64,000 nucleotides of DNA from Octopus vulgaris (Eukaryota). Positions 53,335 to 64,000 of the stretch are shown here, in pieces (the stretch's first letter is position 1; each line of letters begins with the position of its first letter). The notes under the pieces were generated by a model. The model was not told the DNA's origin. It searched no databases and saw only the letters and a program-made list of their open reading frames with translations. The stretch covers positions 119,846,001-119,910,000 of the forward strand of contig OX597817.1 of NCBI GenBank assembly GCA_951406725.2, written 5' to 3'. The position numbers and the translations under genes are program-made.

Positions 53335-54545
53335 CAGCTCTATGTGTTGTGTTTTGAAATGCAATTTTATCATAGTATTTTAATTATATTTTAGGCAAAT
53401 GTTGACATACTTAATAACTGATCTATATTCTTTAATAATTATCTACTTATTTCAGACAGAAAACATTCCTGAAGCATAGGCACCCTTAATTATGAACTTG
53501 ACAAAAAAGGACCTTCGCTTACTTTTCTTGCATGTGTTCAAACTTGGGCACAATGCCTCGCAAACTGCTGCCAATATCAACAGAGCATAGGGAGAGGGGT
53601 CCACAAGTGATCACACAGTACAAAGGTGGTTTCAGAAATTCTGTAGTGGTGATGAGAGCCTTGAAGATGAAGAAGGTAAAGGATGGTCGTGCAGTCTTCA
53701 AAGTGAACAATTGAAAGCAATTGTTGAACAAAACCCACATCAAAGTGTCAGAGAAATGTCTCAGGCACTTGGTGTCAGTATTGCAATGGTCTCATGCAAT
53801 CTGCAGAAGATTGGTAAGGCGAAAAAGCTCAATAAATGGGTACCACATGAGCTTAATGAAAATGAAAAAGTTCAGCATTTTGAAGTGTACTTGATGCTCC
53901 TTCTGCAAAACACCAGTGATCCTTTTCTAGACTGAATAGTCACTTGTGATGAAAAGTGGTTCCTTTATGATAACCGTAAATGATCAGGTCAATGGCTTGA
54001 TCGTGATGAGTCTCCCAAACATTTCCCAAAGCCAAAGTTGCATCAGCAAAAGATTATGGTGACTGTCTGGTGGTCTGCAATTGGTGTTGTCCATTACAGC
54101 TTTCTGGAAGCCAATCAGAGCATTACAGCAGAGGTTTACTGCAATCAACTCACTGAAATGCATGCTCACTTGCGAAAATGAGAGCTTTATTGGTGAATTG
54201 ATGTGGCCCAATTCTGCTCTAAGATAATGCAAAGACACGTGTTGCAAGAATGATGCTGCAGAAACTCACAAACTTGGGACACAAGACTTTACCACATCCT
54301 CCATATTCTCTCCTGATCTTTCGCCCACTGACTACCAATTTTTTAAGCATTTAAATACGTTTTTAAGTGATAAAACTTTCAGGTCCAAACCAGAGGTGAA
54401 ATCAGCTTTCAAAGATTTCTTAGCATCAAAGCTAATAAGTATTTATCGACAAGGCATAAATAATCTCATTGATGAATGGCAGAAATGCATAGATGTTCAC
54501 AGCACATACTTTGACTAATCAAAACATTTCTATTGTTAATTTTGG
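53335..54545 (+). mobile_element. Near-full-length mariner transposon, transposase disrupted
   Basis: KWVPHEL, VTCDEKW, DNA and SPDLSPTDY motifs; multiple frameshifts and stops. Confidence 0.92.
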
Positions 54546-54949
54546 CCACAGCTGGAGTTGTTCAAGAGGAAGTGACTCTTTTTTTCCTCTTAGAAAGGGT
54601 TTTTTACATTTTGGTGCTTTTCTTTCTACACTGACCAAGACTATATATTTAACCTCTATTAGTAATGAGGTAATGTGCTTCTGGCCATCAGATCTGATGA
54701 GTCACCTACAATATCAAGTGTAATAGTAGGCATGAAAACAATGGTTGGTTTTTGATTGGTTGTATACCATAACCAAGGTTATACTACTCAACTGCATAAA
54801 ATATAACTGCTCAAAAATGTCATGTAAAGTGTGCTTTCTTTCCAATTTATGGACAATTGACTAATGTGTGTGTGTGTGTGTGTGTGTGCATGTAGGTGTG
54901 TGCGTGTGTGTGTATATGTATGTGTGTGTATGCACTGGTGTGTGTGTGA

Positions 54950-55125
54950 GGGTATGTTTGTGTCTCCTTGTCTTGACATGTCATGATACATTGTGAATGT
55001 CACTGTCATATAAACAGTCTCATTCATTTCTAATAGTTTGTGATAACATATCTGGCCTTGGAGATATATTATTTTACTTGGAAACAGGTCAGAGTTGGTG
55101 AAGGGAAGGGTATTGTCGTTGGCAT
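54950..55125 (+). mobile_element. SINE 3' body, decayed
   Basis: gtgtctccttgtcttgacat...ttacttggaaacagg...gggaagggta (RTE-like segment). Confidence 0.6.
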
Positions 55126-55129
55126 CACT

Positions 55130-55700
55130 TGTGTCCAAGTTTGGTTCATTTGATGTTTAAACCTGAGATGGCTCAGAAGGCCATGTTGAGAATGGAACAG
55201 TCTCAGGCATTGATTGCATGGCAAAGCAGGTGGAGGTCTTGTCTGGAGTTACCAAGTCTTGCATTGCCTTCTTTTTCCTTCTTTAGTTTTTCTCCTCTCC
55301 CCAAAACTGAACCGCCAAAATGAATTGCTCTTCACCAGGATGGACTGTCAGCAACTTCTGTTTCCCAGGTGTTAGGGTTGGTGCCATCTTGAAGGAGGAG
55401 ATACTTTAGTTGGTTTTTGAATCTGCATTTTGGGGTTCCTCAATGCCATTTGCCACTGACAAGCTCACCGTGGAAGATGATCCACAGAGGTCTTAAAGGA
55501 TCCATTTGGATGACATATCCTGACCACCTGAGGTGATACTTGAGGATAGCACCTTCAATGCAAGGCATTTCTGAGCAGTTGAGAACTTCCCTGTTGGTCC
55601 TGCCATTCAATGTTAAGGATCTGCTGAAGCTTGGCTAGTTGGAAATGCTCATGCTGTTTCAGATATTCTCAACACAGGATCCATGTCTCAGGAAGGCCTG
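55130..55700 (-). mobile_element. RTE/BovB-like LINE ORF2 C-terminal relic
   Basis: TNREVLNCSEMPCIEGAILKYHLRWSGYVIQM...IFHGELVSGK...PKCRFKNQLK. Confidence 0.85.
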
Positions 55701-55729
55701 ATACCCTTCCATGTTCACAGGAAGTGTAT

Positions 55730-56180
55730 CAGGCCTCAAGAAATTTAATATGATCGATCAACATCAATGGAATTGCAGCTGTGATACCAGTGGCGGTGGT
55801 ACATAAGAGAACCATGCGAACATGGCCATTGCCAGCGCTGCCCCGACTGGCCTCGTGCCAGTGGCACGTAAAAAGCACCATCTGATCATGGCCATTGCCA
55901 GCTTCGCCTGGCCCCCGTGCTGGTGGCACGTAAAAAGCACCAGCCGATCGTGGCTGTTTGCCAGCCTCCTCTGGCACCTGTACCAGTGGCATGTAAAAAG
56001 CACCTACTACACTCACAGAGTGGTTGGTGTTAGGAAGGGCATCCAGCCATAGAAACATTGCCAGATCAGACTGGGCCTGGTGCAGCCTTCTGGCTTCCCA
56101 GACCCCAGTTGAACCGTCCAACCCATGCTAGCATGGAAAGTGGACGTTAAACAATGAAGATGATGATGATGATGATGATG
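55730..56180 (+). mobile_element. Family C RTE-derived element with internal tandem repeats
   Basis: Three copies of gtggca(c/t)gtaaaaagcacc, ggttggtgttaggaagggcatccag, and a (GAT)n tail. Confidence 0.85.
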
Positions 56181-57189
56181 AAAGCATGGAAAAGTCAATA
56201 TTAAAATGATGTTGATGATGATGATGTGAATGTAATCACATTTTAAGTAATTTTTTTTTTTTTAGTTAAAAGTAGTATATTACTAACACGTAACTGCTGT
56301 TGATGTAATACTCCTTTTTTATCAATTTGGTTAATTAAGCAGCATATCACTAGTACTTTGTTTTATGATTTAACAATCTCAGGAATACAATCCTATAACA
56401 GAAAGCAAACTTAAAATCACAGTTTCTCTGTATGTCACTATATATGTAAACTTCCTGATTGCCCTGCACAGTATTTCCTCAAATATTTAACACACCCATG
56501 TGTGCACTTTTGTCTTAACTTAAAGCATCACAATATTCATCACAGAAGAAACCAATTCACTTCAAAATACTGTGACTGATGATTCACCGACATTCTGAGT
56601 AAAGCATTGTGTTTTCAAAATATAAGTTTCTTTGAATAGTTTCCCTGGGATAAATTATTACAGTTAGTGATGTTCCACATTAGTATATAAATTTAAATGC
56701 TACACATACCAGTATATATGTGTACGTGAACACACACACACACACAGATATATACACACATTCCAGATCATTAATAAGGCCCTTGCATATAAACACATGT
56801 AATATAAAAAAAGTAGGGTAAGGATATACCAAATACAACATTTTGTGAAAGCCTACTTATTGTAAATATTGATATTTGTATATATGAAAGTCACAAGCAA
56901 AAAGTGTAAACAAAGATTCTAAAATTCCTTTAAACCAAACTACTATTAGTGGTTTTCTACAGAAGAACAGATAAACATAACAGATAAAATTATAAATTAA
57001 ATCTACACTTGATATGAAATAACCTTTGAAATAAAAAAAATTCTGGTTATTGATTTCTTTAAAGGAATACTAAGTCAACTATTTCAGACATACAGGAATT
57101 TCTTTAATTGATTTTCCCACTAGCCTAATCCCATTGAGAACATTGCTAATATTTTACTTTCAAAAATGACCCTTTTCTTTTGGTTTTTA

Positions 57190-57395
57190 TTTTTGAGCAA
57201 TATCAGAAGAATTTATCAGTTTACTCCATACTAAATAATACTATTCTTAAGTTTTTATCTATTTCTTATTATCAACCAATTTGCCAAAGTCAGCATTTTA
57301 GGATAATATCAATATTCATGAAGACTGTTTTCTTTATTAAAGGAGACAGCATGGAGAAGGCATGAGACTTCAGTTTACCAAGAGTGTTTCTTTTA
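57190..57395 (-). pseudogene. Pseudo-exon: Roc G3-G4-like segment
   Basis: KTVFMNID / TLANWLIIRNR / SII*YGV..DK resembles L..WL..I....iilvGt..Dk; weak. Confidence 0.3.
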
Positions 57396-57729
57396 CAGAT
57401 GCATGGATGCAGACAGATTCACATGCACACACACATTCACAAACAACAGCCAATATCTTATGCTATGTGTTTGCATTTAGATCATTGCTATAGCTTCTAT
57501 TAGTTTCTAGTTTACACTAGCAGTATATTACTTCAGGTACAATAGGTTAAGTAAATGAATAGAAATAATTATTTACTCTGCTTCATTGATTTACATTTTT
57601 TTTTATTTATTTCTCTTAGTTACTTCTTTAGCTTCTTAGTTTAGCTAATAGTTGCATACGAAAGGATAATTTCTAATTAAAATCATTAAGAAATTTAATT
57701 GAACAAAAATAAAAAAAGAAAAATCAAAG

Positions 57730-57869
57730 TTTTCTAAAGAAATTCATCTAAGTGTCCTTTCCTACTCATGATTCTGCAATAGCACTTTGAATCATTCTAC
57801 TTAGCATATCTTCACATTAATAAAAGCATTTCATATAAGTCAATATCTCCTGAGGTGGTGTGAATTGAT
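57730..57869 (-). pseudogene. Pseudo-exon: Roc start with P-loop
   Basis: ttaacag| acceptor. (D)QFTPPQEILTYM...LSRMIQSAIAES*VGKDT*MNF resembles PP.EI...RMKLMIVG..GSGKTTL; both stops are one change from GGA and TTG. Confidence 0.55.
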
Positions 57870-58744
57870 CTGTTAATATTTATACAAGAGTTGTTAGATT
57901 ATGTGTACACACATACACACATGACAACTAATGAATGGAATGTCCTGCAGCAGAAATTCTATGTGTGTATGTATGTGTAATATATTCATTCCATTTGCTT
58001 AGGCTTCAGATCAAATCCATAAGTAATTTCAAATAAAATACTGAGAATTTGACCATTTAAGTCTTACTTTTCATCTGAAATATGAAATTTAAAAAAAAAA
58101 CTCAAGCAACTGTTTTGAACCAATATCAATTTTCTGTGGTATTTTTTATTTTTGGTCATGTGAAATTGATCAACTTTGTTTTCTATATTTTTAATGTTTT
58201 TATGCTGTTAGCTTCAAGCTTCTTCACAATTTTAATTTACAACAATAAATCCATACTGCTGAGGAATGAAATCTTAAAGGGTGTCCTCAGTATTAGCTTT
58301 ACTATCACATCCGTATTTATATACCAAAATTTCAGAAAAATCTTTATACTTTATTCTTTAGAGATTAACACAGCTTTTCAGGATTATGGCCTTATACTAA
58401 AAAATTAAATTTTATGTCATTTTCATTTATGGTCATTTAACATTTTTTTTTTATCATACTTGAAGTTTCACTTAATCAAAAATTTTCATTCTTCCACAAT
58501 TTATTTCTGTAGCCTACAAAATATTTTTGTTCTTCAAATATCTGTGACTTTCAAGTAATTCTTGAAACTTCAGATTATTTTCAAACAGCAAAAATGTGTG
58601 ATAATGTATTTAAGAATTGACTCTTAACAACACTGCAAGTCTGTGAGAAAGTTATGGATCATTAACATTTTTTCTCAACTGTTGAATGAAAGTTGGCCGA
58701 GTATTATTATACTAAACAGGTATTTAAAAAATCAGAGATTGGGT

Positions 58745-58920
58745 GTCAGAATTGTTAGTGTATCAGACAAAATGTTTTAAGTTCTAAGTTCAAGCCCTGC
58801 TGAGGCTAATCTTTCATCCCTTATGGGTTGATAAAATAAAGTGCCAGTAAAGTACCAGGGTAGGTTTATTCAATTAACCCCGCTTCCTATAAATTTCAGG
58901 CCATGTGCCTATATTAGAAA
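58745..58920 (+). mobile_element. Nin/Deu SINE, decayed
   Basis: ctttcatcccttatgggttgataaaataaagtgccag. Confidence 0.65.
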
Positions 58921-58990
58921 CAATTACACAGATTACTTTCAAAAGTATGTTGGATGTTTGAGCAGCAAATTATTGAAGTAAGAGAAAGTA

Positions 58991-59247
58991 CGTTATTTAC
59001 AATTGACAGATATTTATCCTCATCTTGTTTGTTGTTAACACAAACATTTCAGGTGTCTTGGGGAAATTTCGAACCTGGGTTCTTGTTCCTAAGGTATTTT
59101 TCGATGTTGTTATTATTATTATTATCATTATTATTATTATTCAGGTCACTGCCTGGAACTGCACTTAGAATCTTGGGGTTAGTAGCCCATGCTCTTAACC
59201 CCAAGATTTCGAGTTTGATTCCAGGTAGTGACCTGAATAATAATAAC

Positions 59248-59284
<37 letters not shown>

Positions 59285-59467
59285 GTAATAATAATATCGA
59301 AAAATGCCTTAGGAATGAGAACCCAGGTTCGAAATTTCCCCAAGACACCTGATGAAGGCTGGAGGGTATATCAGCCAAAACTTTGTGTTAACAACAAACA
59401 AGATAAGGACAAATATCCGTCAAATGTAAATAATGTACATAATTCCTCATCTCTTAAATATAGAACT
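58991..59467. mobile_element. Fold-back insertion of a tRNA-headed, hammerhead-containing Penelope-type element with 13-bp TSD
   Basis: TSD gtaagagaaagta at 58978-90 and 59468-80; arms are reverse complements; tRNA-like head ggttaagagc-gggctactaaccc-B box; CTGATGA at 59349. Confidence 0.85.
59343..59389 (+). ncRNA. Minimal type I hammerhead ribozyme motif (mutated copy)
   Basis: agacac-CTGATGA-a-ggctg(loop)cagcc-AAAAC(for GAAAC)-ttt-gtgtt; stems I and II pair. Confidence 0.65.
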
Positions 59468-59844
59468 GTAAGAGAAAGTAGTTAGTTACTCCACAAGATA
59501 AGCTGAATTACTTCAGAAATGCTTCAGGTAAAATATAATCAAATAAGAATAGGATCTAAATGTTTCTACTTTAGGGACAGCGTCAAAAACTTTGAAGCAA
59601 GTACTTTAGTGGATACCTTTAACCCAATACTTTAGTGGATACTTTTAACCCAATACTTAACTAGTACAATATTTTAGCAACCCCAAAACAATGAGATGGA
59701 AACTTGACCTTGGTGGGATTTGAACTCAGAATGTAAAGAGCTGTAATTAAATACTACAAGACTTTTTTGTCTGATTCCTTAATGATCCTACCTATTCACT
59801 GCCATGTAAATAGCGATATGATAAAATGTTTGTTTTCATATTTT

Positions 59845-60258
59845 CTTTACTCTTTACTCTTTTACTTGTTTCAGTCATTTGACTGCGGCCATGCTGGAGC
59901 ACCGCCTTTAGTCGAGCAAATCGACCCCGGGACTTATTCTTTGCAAGCCCAGTACTTATTCTATCGGTCTATTTTGCCGAACCGCTAAGTGACGGGGACG
60001 TAAACACACCAGCATCGGTTGTCAAGCAATGCTAGGGGTACAAACACACACACACATACACATACACACATATATATATATATATATACATATATACGAC
60101 AGGCTTCTTCAGTTTCCGTCTACCAAATCCACTCACAAGGCATTGGTCGGCCCGGGGCTATAGCAGAAGACACTTGCCCAAGATGCCACGCAGTGGGACT
60201 GAACCCGGAACCATGTGGTTGGTTAGCAAACTACTTACCACACAGCCACTCCTGCACC
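59845..60258 (-). mobile_element. CORE-like SINE family A (full length)
   Basis: Near-identical to 22268-22672. Confidence 0.9.
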
Positions 60259-60576
60259 TTTGTTTTTGTTTTCTGAGTAAAAACTATTTCAATTCCCATT
60301 GCCCTAGGAATATTTGTAACAATTGCTTAGAGTTCCAGAGAGAAATTCATACCTTAATACTTTTGAACACAATGAGTTTTCAGCAATTATGAGCTTTTCA
60401 GTTAACATTCACGACATTCAATTTACTGTATGCTAAATGTAATATGAGACCTCGGCTAGTTATATTTCAATAGCTAAATCTAAGTAGATTAAACACAGCA
60501 GTTTAACCAGCTCCTCAGATAAGCTGCACTCTAAACATTTCAGTAAAATTAGTAAGTACTGGAATTAATACATTAC

Positions 60577-60839
60577 CTTCATATCATTTCTATACATGTG
60601 ACTGTTGTTAGGTTTAAATTGATGACACTTTATCATTAATTCAAATAAAATTTCTGAATAAATTTCTATAAAGTGAACTTCCTGGAGATATTTGAACAAT
60701 TAGTTCCAAAAATTCAATCCATGCAAGAACCATTCTCTTCTGCACTCAACACTCTTTACTTTGCAGAACAGAATTTCTACTATCTCTTCATAGTTGGTGA
60801 TGAGTATTATGAAACACATACGGATATAATTATAGGAAT
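60577..60839 (-). pseudogene. Pseudo-exon: COR-A start-like segment
   Basis: tctcttatag| acceptor and AAG|gtaatg donor; ~87 codons with one stop; LFKYLQEVHFI resembles ALSYLHESGKL. Confidence 0.4.
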
Positions 60840-61737
60840 CTATAAGAGAAATATTTATATATGATGAACCTATGCAACCATGTTTAAATTAAAATGCTCA
60901 TAGAGATAGCAGAATAACAATAACAAATGAGAAAAAAACTATATTTTGTATATATTTCCTCTACTCTTCCTTTATGCATACATAATCAGTGCTCATCTAA
61001 ATAAATCTTCTTCAACACAAGCATGTTGCTTATCATAGTAACTGATAAAAATAGCTAACCAACAGTATTAAGTTAATTATTTTTCTATCCATATTCACAT
61101 TGGAGATTATGTATTTAGTTCATTATATTTATACATGTCATAGTTTACCCATCTTCAGAAAACTTCAGATGATTTGAAGCTGAGCAAATACGTAATATTT
61201 CACATATAATAATAGAAAAACAAAAAAAAAAGGAGATAAAAACATGCTCAAACACCAAAACAGGATAGACAGCAGAGTGCCAACAAAAGAAAAGAAATGA
61301 ATAACGACAAATGATTGTATGAACTAACACTCCCACTCCATCTCTAAGGATTACACATCAAATATTTGCAAAGTGATAAATTGATATAAAACTCCAGCTG
61401 CTTTTTTCTACATAATTTTTTACACATGCATGCACATATGTGCATGTATATGCATACCCATTCAGTCATTTACACTCATTCATACACATTCACTTATTCA
61501 TACTCTCATACAAATTATCCCACACACGCTTTCATATAAATACTACCAAACACAGACATATATGTACACATATTGATCAATTCGTTTATGATTTAGAGTT
61601 ATGTAAAATAAAATTAAATCTAAGTGGAGGGAAAGAAAACTAGATCCATGCTTAAAGCAACAAGCTGATGCTGTGCCATATACGAGGTCTCTGAATAGTT
61701 AACAGCCTCCAGTGAGCTTAGAGAGGAATTTTGCATA

Positions 61738-61975
61738 TTATAAATATCCTGCAATAAGGCTTCTGGCTTCACAAGTTGTAGAGGATAGAAGTGAACAGAA
61801 ACTAAATGAAAGATATTGGTGGACAAAAAGGTACAGTATGATAAAATAAACATCTTTAGGGTGGTACCAGATGAACAGCACAAAGTAAAATATATTGGCT
61901 AACTTAAATGGTGCAGACTTGACCATATGTTCAAGAAGGCTCCATTGTAATCCCATTGTTCTGAATTAGAATCTA
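61738..61975 (-). pseudogene. Pseudo-exon: Roc G3-G4 (MFHAS1-like)
   Basis: QWDYNGA[shift]EHMVKSAPFKLANIFYFVLF...EARSLIAGY resembles MFHAS1 YDLAGDESYEVIQPFFLSPGALYVLVV...AVVCIVGTH. Confidence 0.5.
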
Positions 61976-62687
61976 CAGTACAGCTTTGGTAAGTTTTCTA
62001 CCATATATAGAATTGGATTGAGCCAAGTGTGAGAAGCATAGGATAGTTGGAAACAATAGAAGCCCATCAAATAGGCTTCCATACCGATTCTTGGGTAGCT
62101 AACTATACCCATCATCCAGTTTAGTGCCACCATCAGGCTCTTGAGAGTTTTTAGCAGAATTTATTCTCTTCCAAGCATTCTCTGACCAGATCTTTGGTCT
62201 GATGATAGATTACTCTATATTTTCATGATTTAACTTGAAGCAAAATCACAGTGCAAATACAGCTTGCCATTAATCTACAATACACTAAATAAATGAGATA
62301 TAAATGTGATTCAAATTTTTGAATAATTGGAATTATACAGATCTCTCTCGTTAATACACACTAATATCAATCCAAGACAGAATTCTAATTTCAAGACCCT
62401 TTCATGACATGAAAATACATAAACCTTCAAAAGTTCTAACCATTCCACAAAGCACAAACTGTCCCACTAATATATACTGTTATTCTTTTCCTAATTCCAG
62501 TCAGTAGACTGTGGCCATGCTGAGAACCACTATCTTCTATTTCTTCTCCCACTAACATAATTAAAATAACTTCTAAAATAAACTTACTTTCATTCCCATC
62601 CAGTACTCTGAGAATCACTTATTAGCCTTTAGTCCATAATAAATTTCTGTCACTACGCAGAAGTCAACCCACTATTATGCATGCACA

Positions 62688-62721
<34 letters not shown>

Positions 62722-64000
62722 ATGAGTTGTTTCCAGTTTCTTTCTCCTACCATTATGGCTATAGCCTCGACTCCATTACAACTGCAAACTTTATTATCAC
62801 ATACAACTAGTCCTACTCAAATTTCTAGCTAATACTGCACACTTCATTTCTCATATGTCCCTCATTCTAGGCCACCTACAAAACATATTTCAAATTCTTT
62901 TTTCCTTACAGCTTCTACTCTTCATCTCATTCACTTGACTCTGGGGTATTTCTGTTTCTCCACTGCATCGAATGCAGAAGTTCAAATTGAAGATTAACTA
63001 CAATACTCACAAGTCTGACAAGCTTGGCAAGAGCCATACGTATTACCCTCCCTTCAATAGATTAGATATTAATGATAAACACACACACATATATACACAT
63101 GCACACACATGTGTGTGTGCACAAATATAAAATAATAGTAGAAATGCTTCATGAAAATTAATATAATTTTTTATATATGTGTGAGTTTAAGAGGTTATAA
63201 TTGAATGAGAAAGAAAGAGACAATATATACACATAGTTCCTGAGTTATAATTTCCTGAAATCTCAGATTACTTAAGATACTTTAGTAGCAAAATAATTCA
63301 TGACTTAACAAGTATTACCAAAGGACAAAATATAGTGATGTTTATATTCTCTAAGGTATATTTAAAACAGATTTTTTATTCATTACTTTTGGTTCACTTA
63401 TAAGTTTTCATAAAGAAATTTTATCAAAGAGTCTAGGATTTACATTATGAAATAATGAACAATAATATTACTTGGCCCAAGTATTTTCTTAATACAAAGA
63501 AATCAAATAATTTTTATGGCATTTTCTTGAAAAGGAAACTTCTAAATTTTTTTTTACTCAAAATTCTGGAGAAAAAAAGAAGAAAAAAACATTAAACAGA
63601 TTCAAAAGAAATATTTGATTTTAAAGAAAAAAAAAATTGTGAACATTACATTGTTGTGAGTTTTGTAATTGCTGAAATTGGAATGTTAACACTCATATAA
63701 ATTAATGAAATATTAAAGAGAATTTTTCATGTAAAAACTACATTTGTGATATAAGTTCACCAGCTTTTTGAAAGTAGAGGTCGCATGAGTAGCTACTTCT
63801 CTACAACACACATATTCCCATACAAACACTCTCACATACTCACACACATAAAGTAATGATGGTCTAAGTAATATGAAAGGAACTTCGAAGCAGAATATGT
63901 GAAACAGAAAATACAGTAATTTTTTAGAAGTAATATTTTAATTAAATATAGAATATATCTTACCATCAACAGAATCGACAGAATTTTAAAGTGTGGTACT

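Noticed and set aside
58954-59378. Mirror ORFs with poly-L/poly-N on both strands
   Set aside because: Artefact of the fold-back element and its (TAA)n tract.
59600-59660. Direct repeat tactttagtggatac.tttaacccaa (two copies), CRISPR-like
   Set aside because: Adjacent tandem duplication without spacers inside a SINE remnant, in eukaryotic DNA.
12476-60258. All four full-length family A SINEs lie on the minus strand
   Set aside because: With n=4 this is compatible with chance, and a plus-strand head exists at 53122.
61930-61975. WDYNGAFL as a K2P channel pore helix
   Set aside because: No TxGYG follows, and the downstream residues fit Roc G3-G4.

Overview
Very AT-rich, microsatellite-laden eukaryotic DNA, most likely an octopus (Octopus sp.) genome; this is inferred from the SINE families and repeat landscape as I recall them, not from a search. 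No intact protein-coding gene is visible, and most ORFs in the supplied track are (AT)n/(AC)n artefacts or transposon remnants. Repeats include tRNA-derived SINEs (CORE-like and Nin/Deu-domain), RTE, CR1/L2 and R4/Dong LINE relics, mariner and pogo relics, two non-autonomous Helitrons and piggyBac/Tigger-type MITEs. Two things stand out. (1) About 17 minus-strand pseudo-exons (~62.0 kb down to ~6.3 kb), most with retained AG/GT splice sites, translate by hand, across stops and frameshifts, into up to four tandem MFHAS1-like Roc-COR modules ending in a death domain, suggesting a decayed giant multi-Roc gene or a tandem Roco cluster. (2) Several distinct Penelope-type repeats carry hammerhead-ribozyme (HHR) motifs, including a tRNA-headed HHR SINE inserted as a fold-back with a 13-bp TSD. 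Protein assignments are by-eye motif matches and need HMM confirmation.
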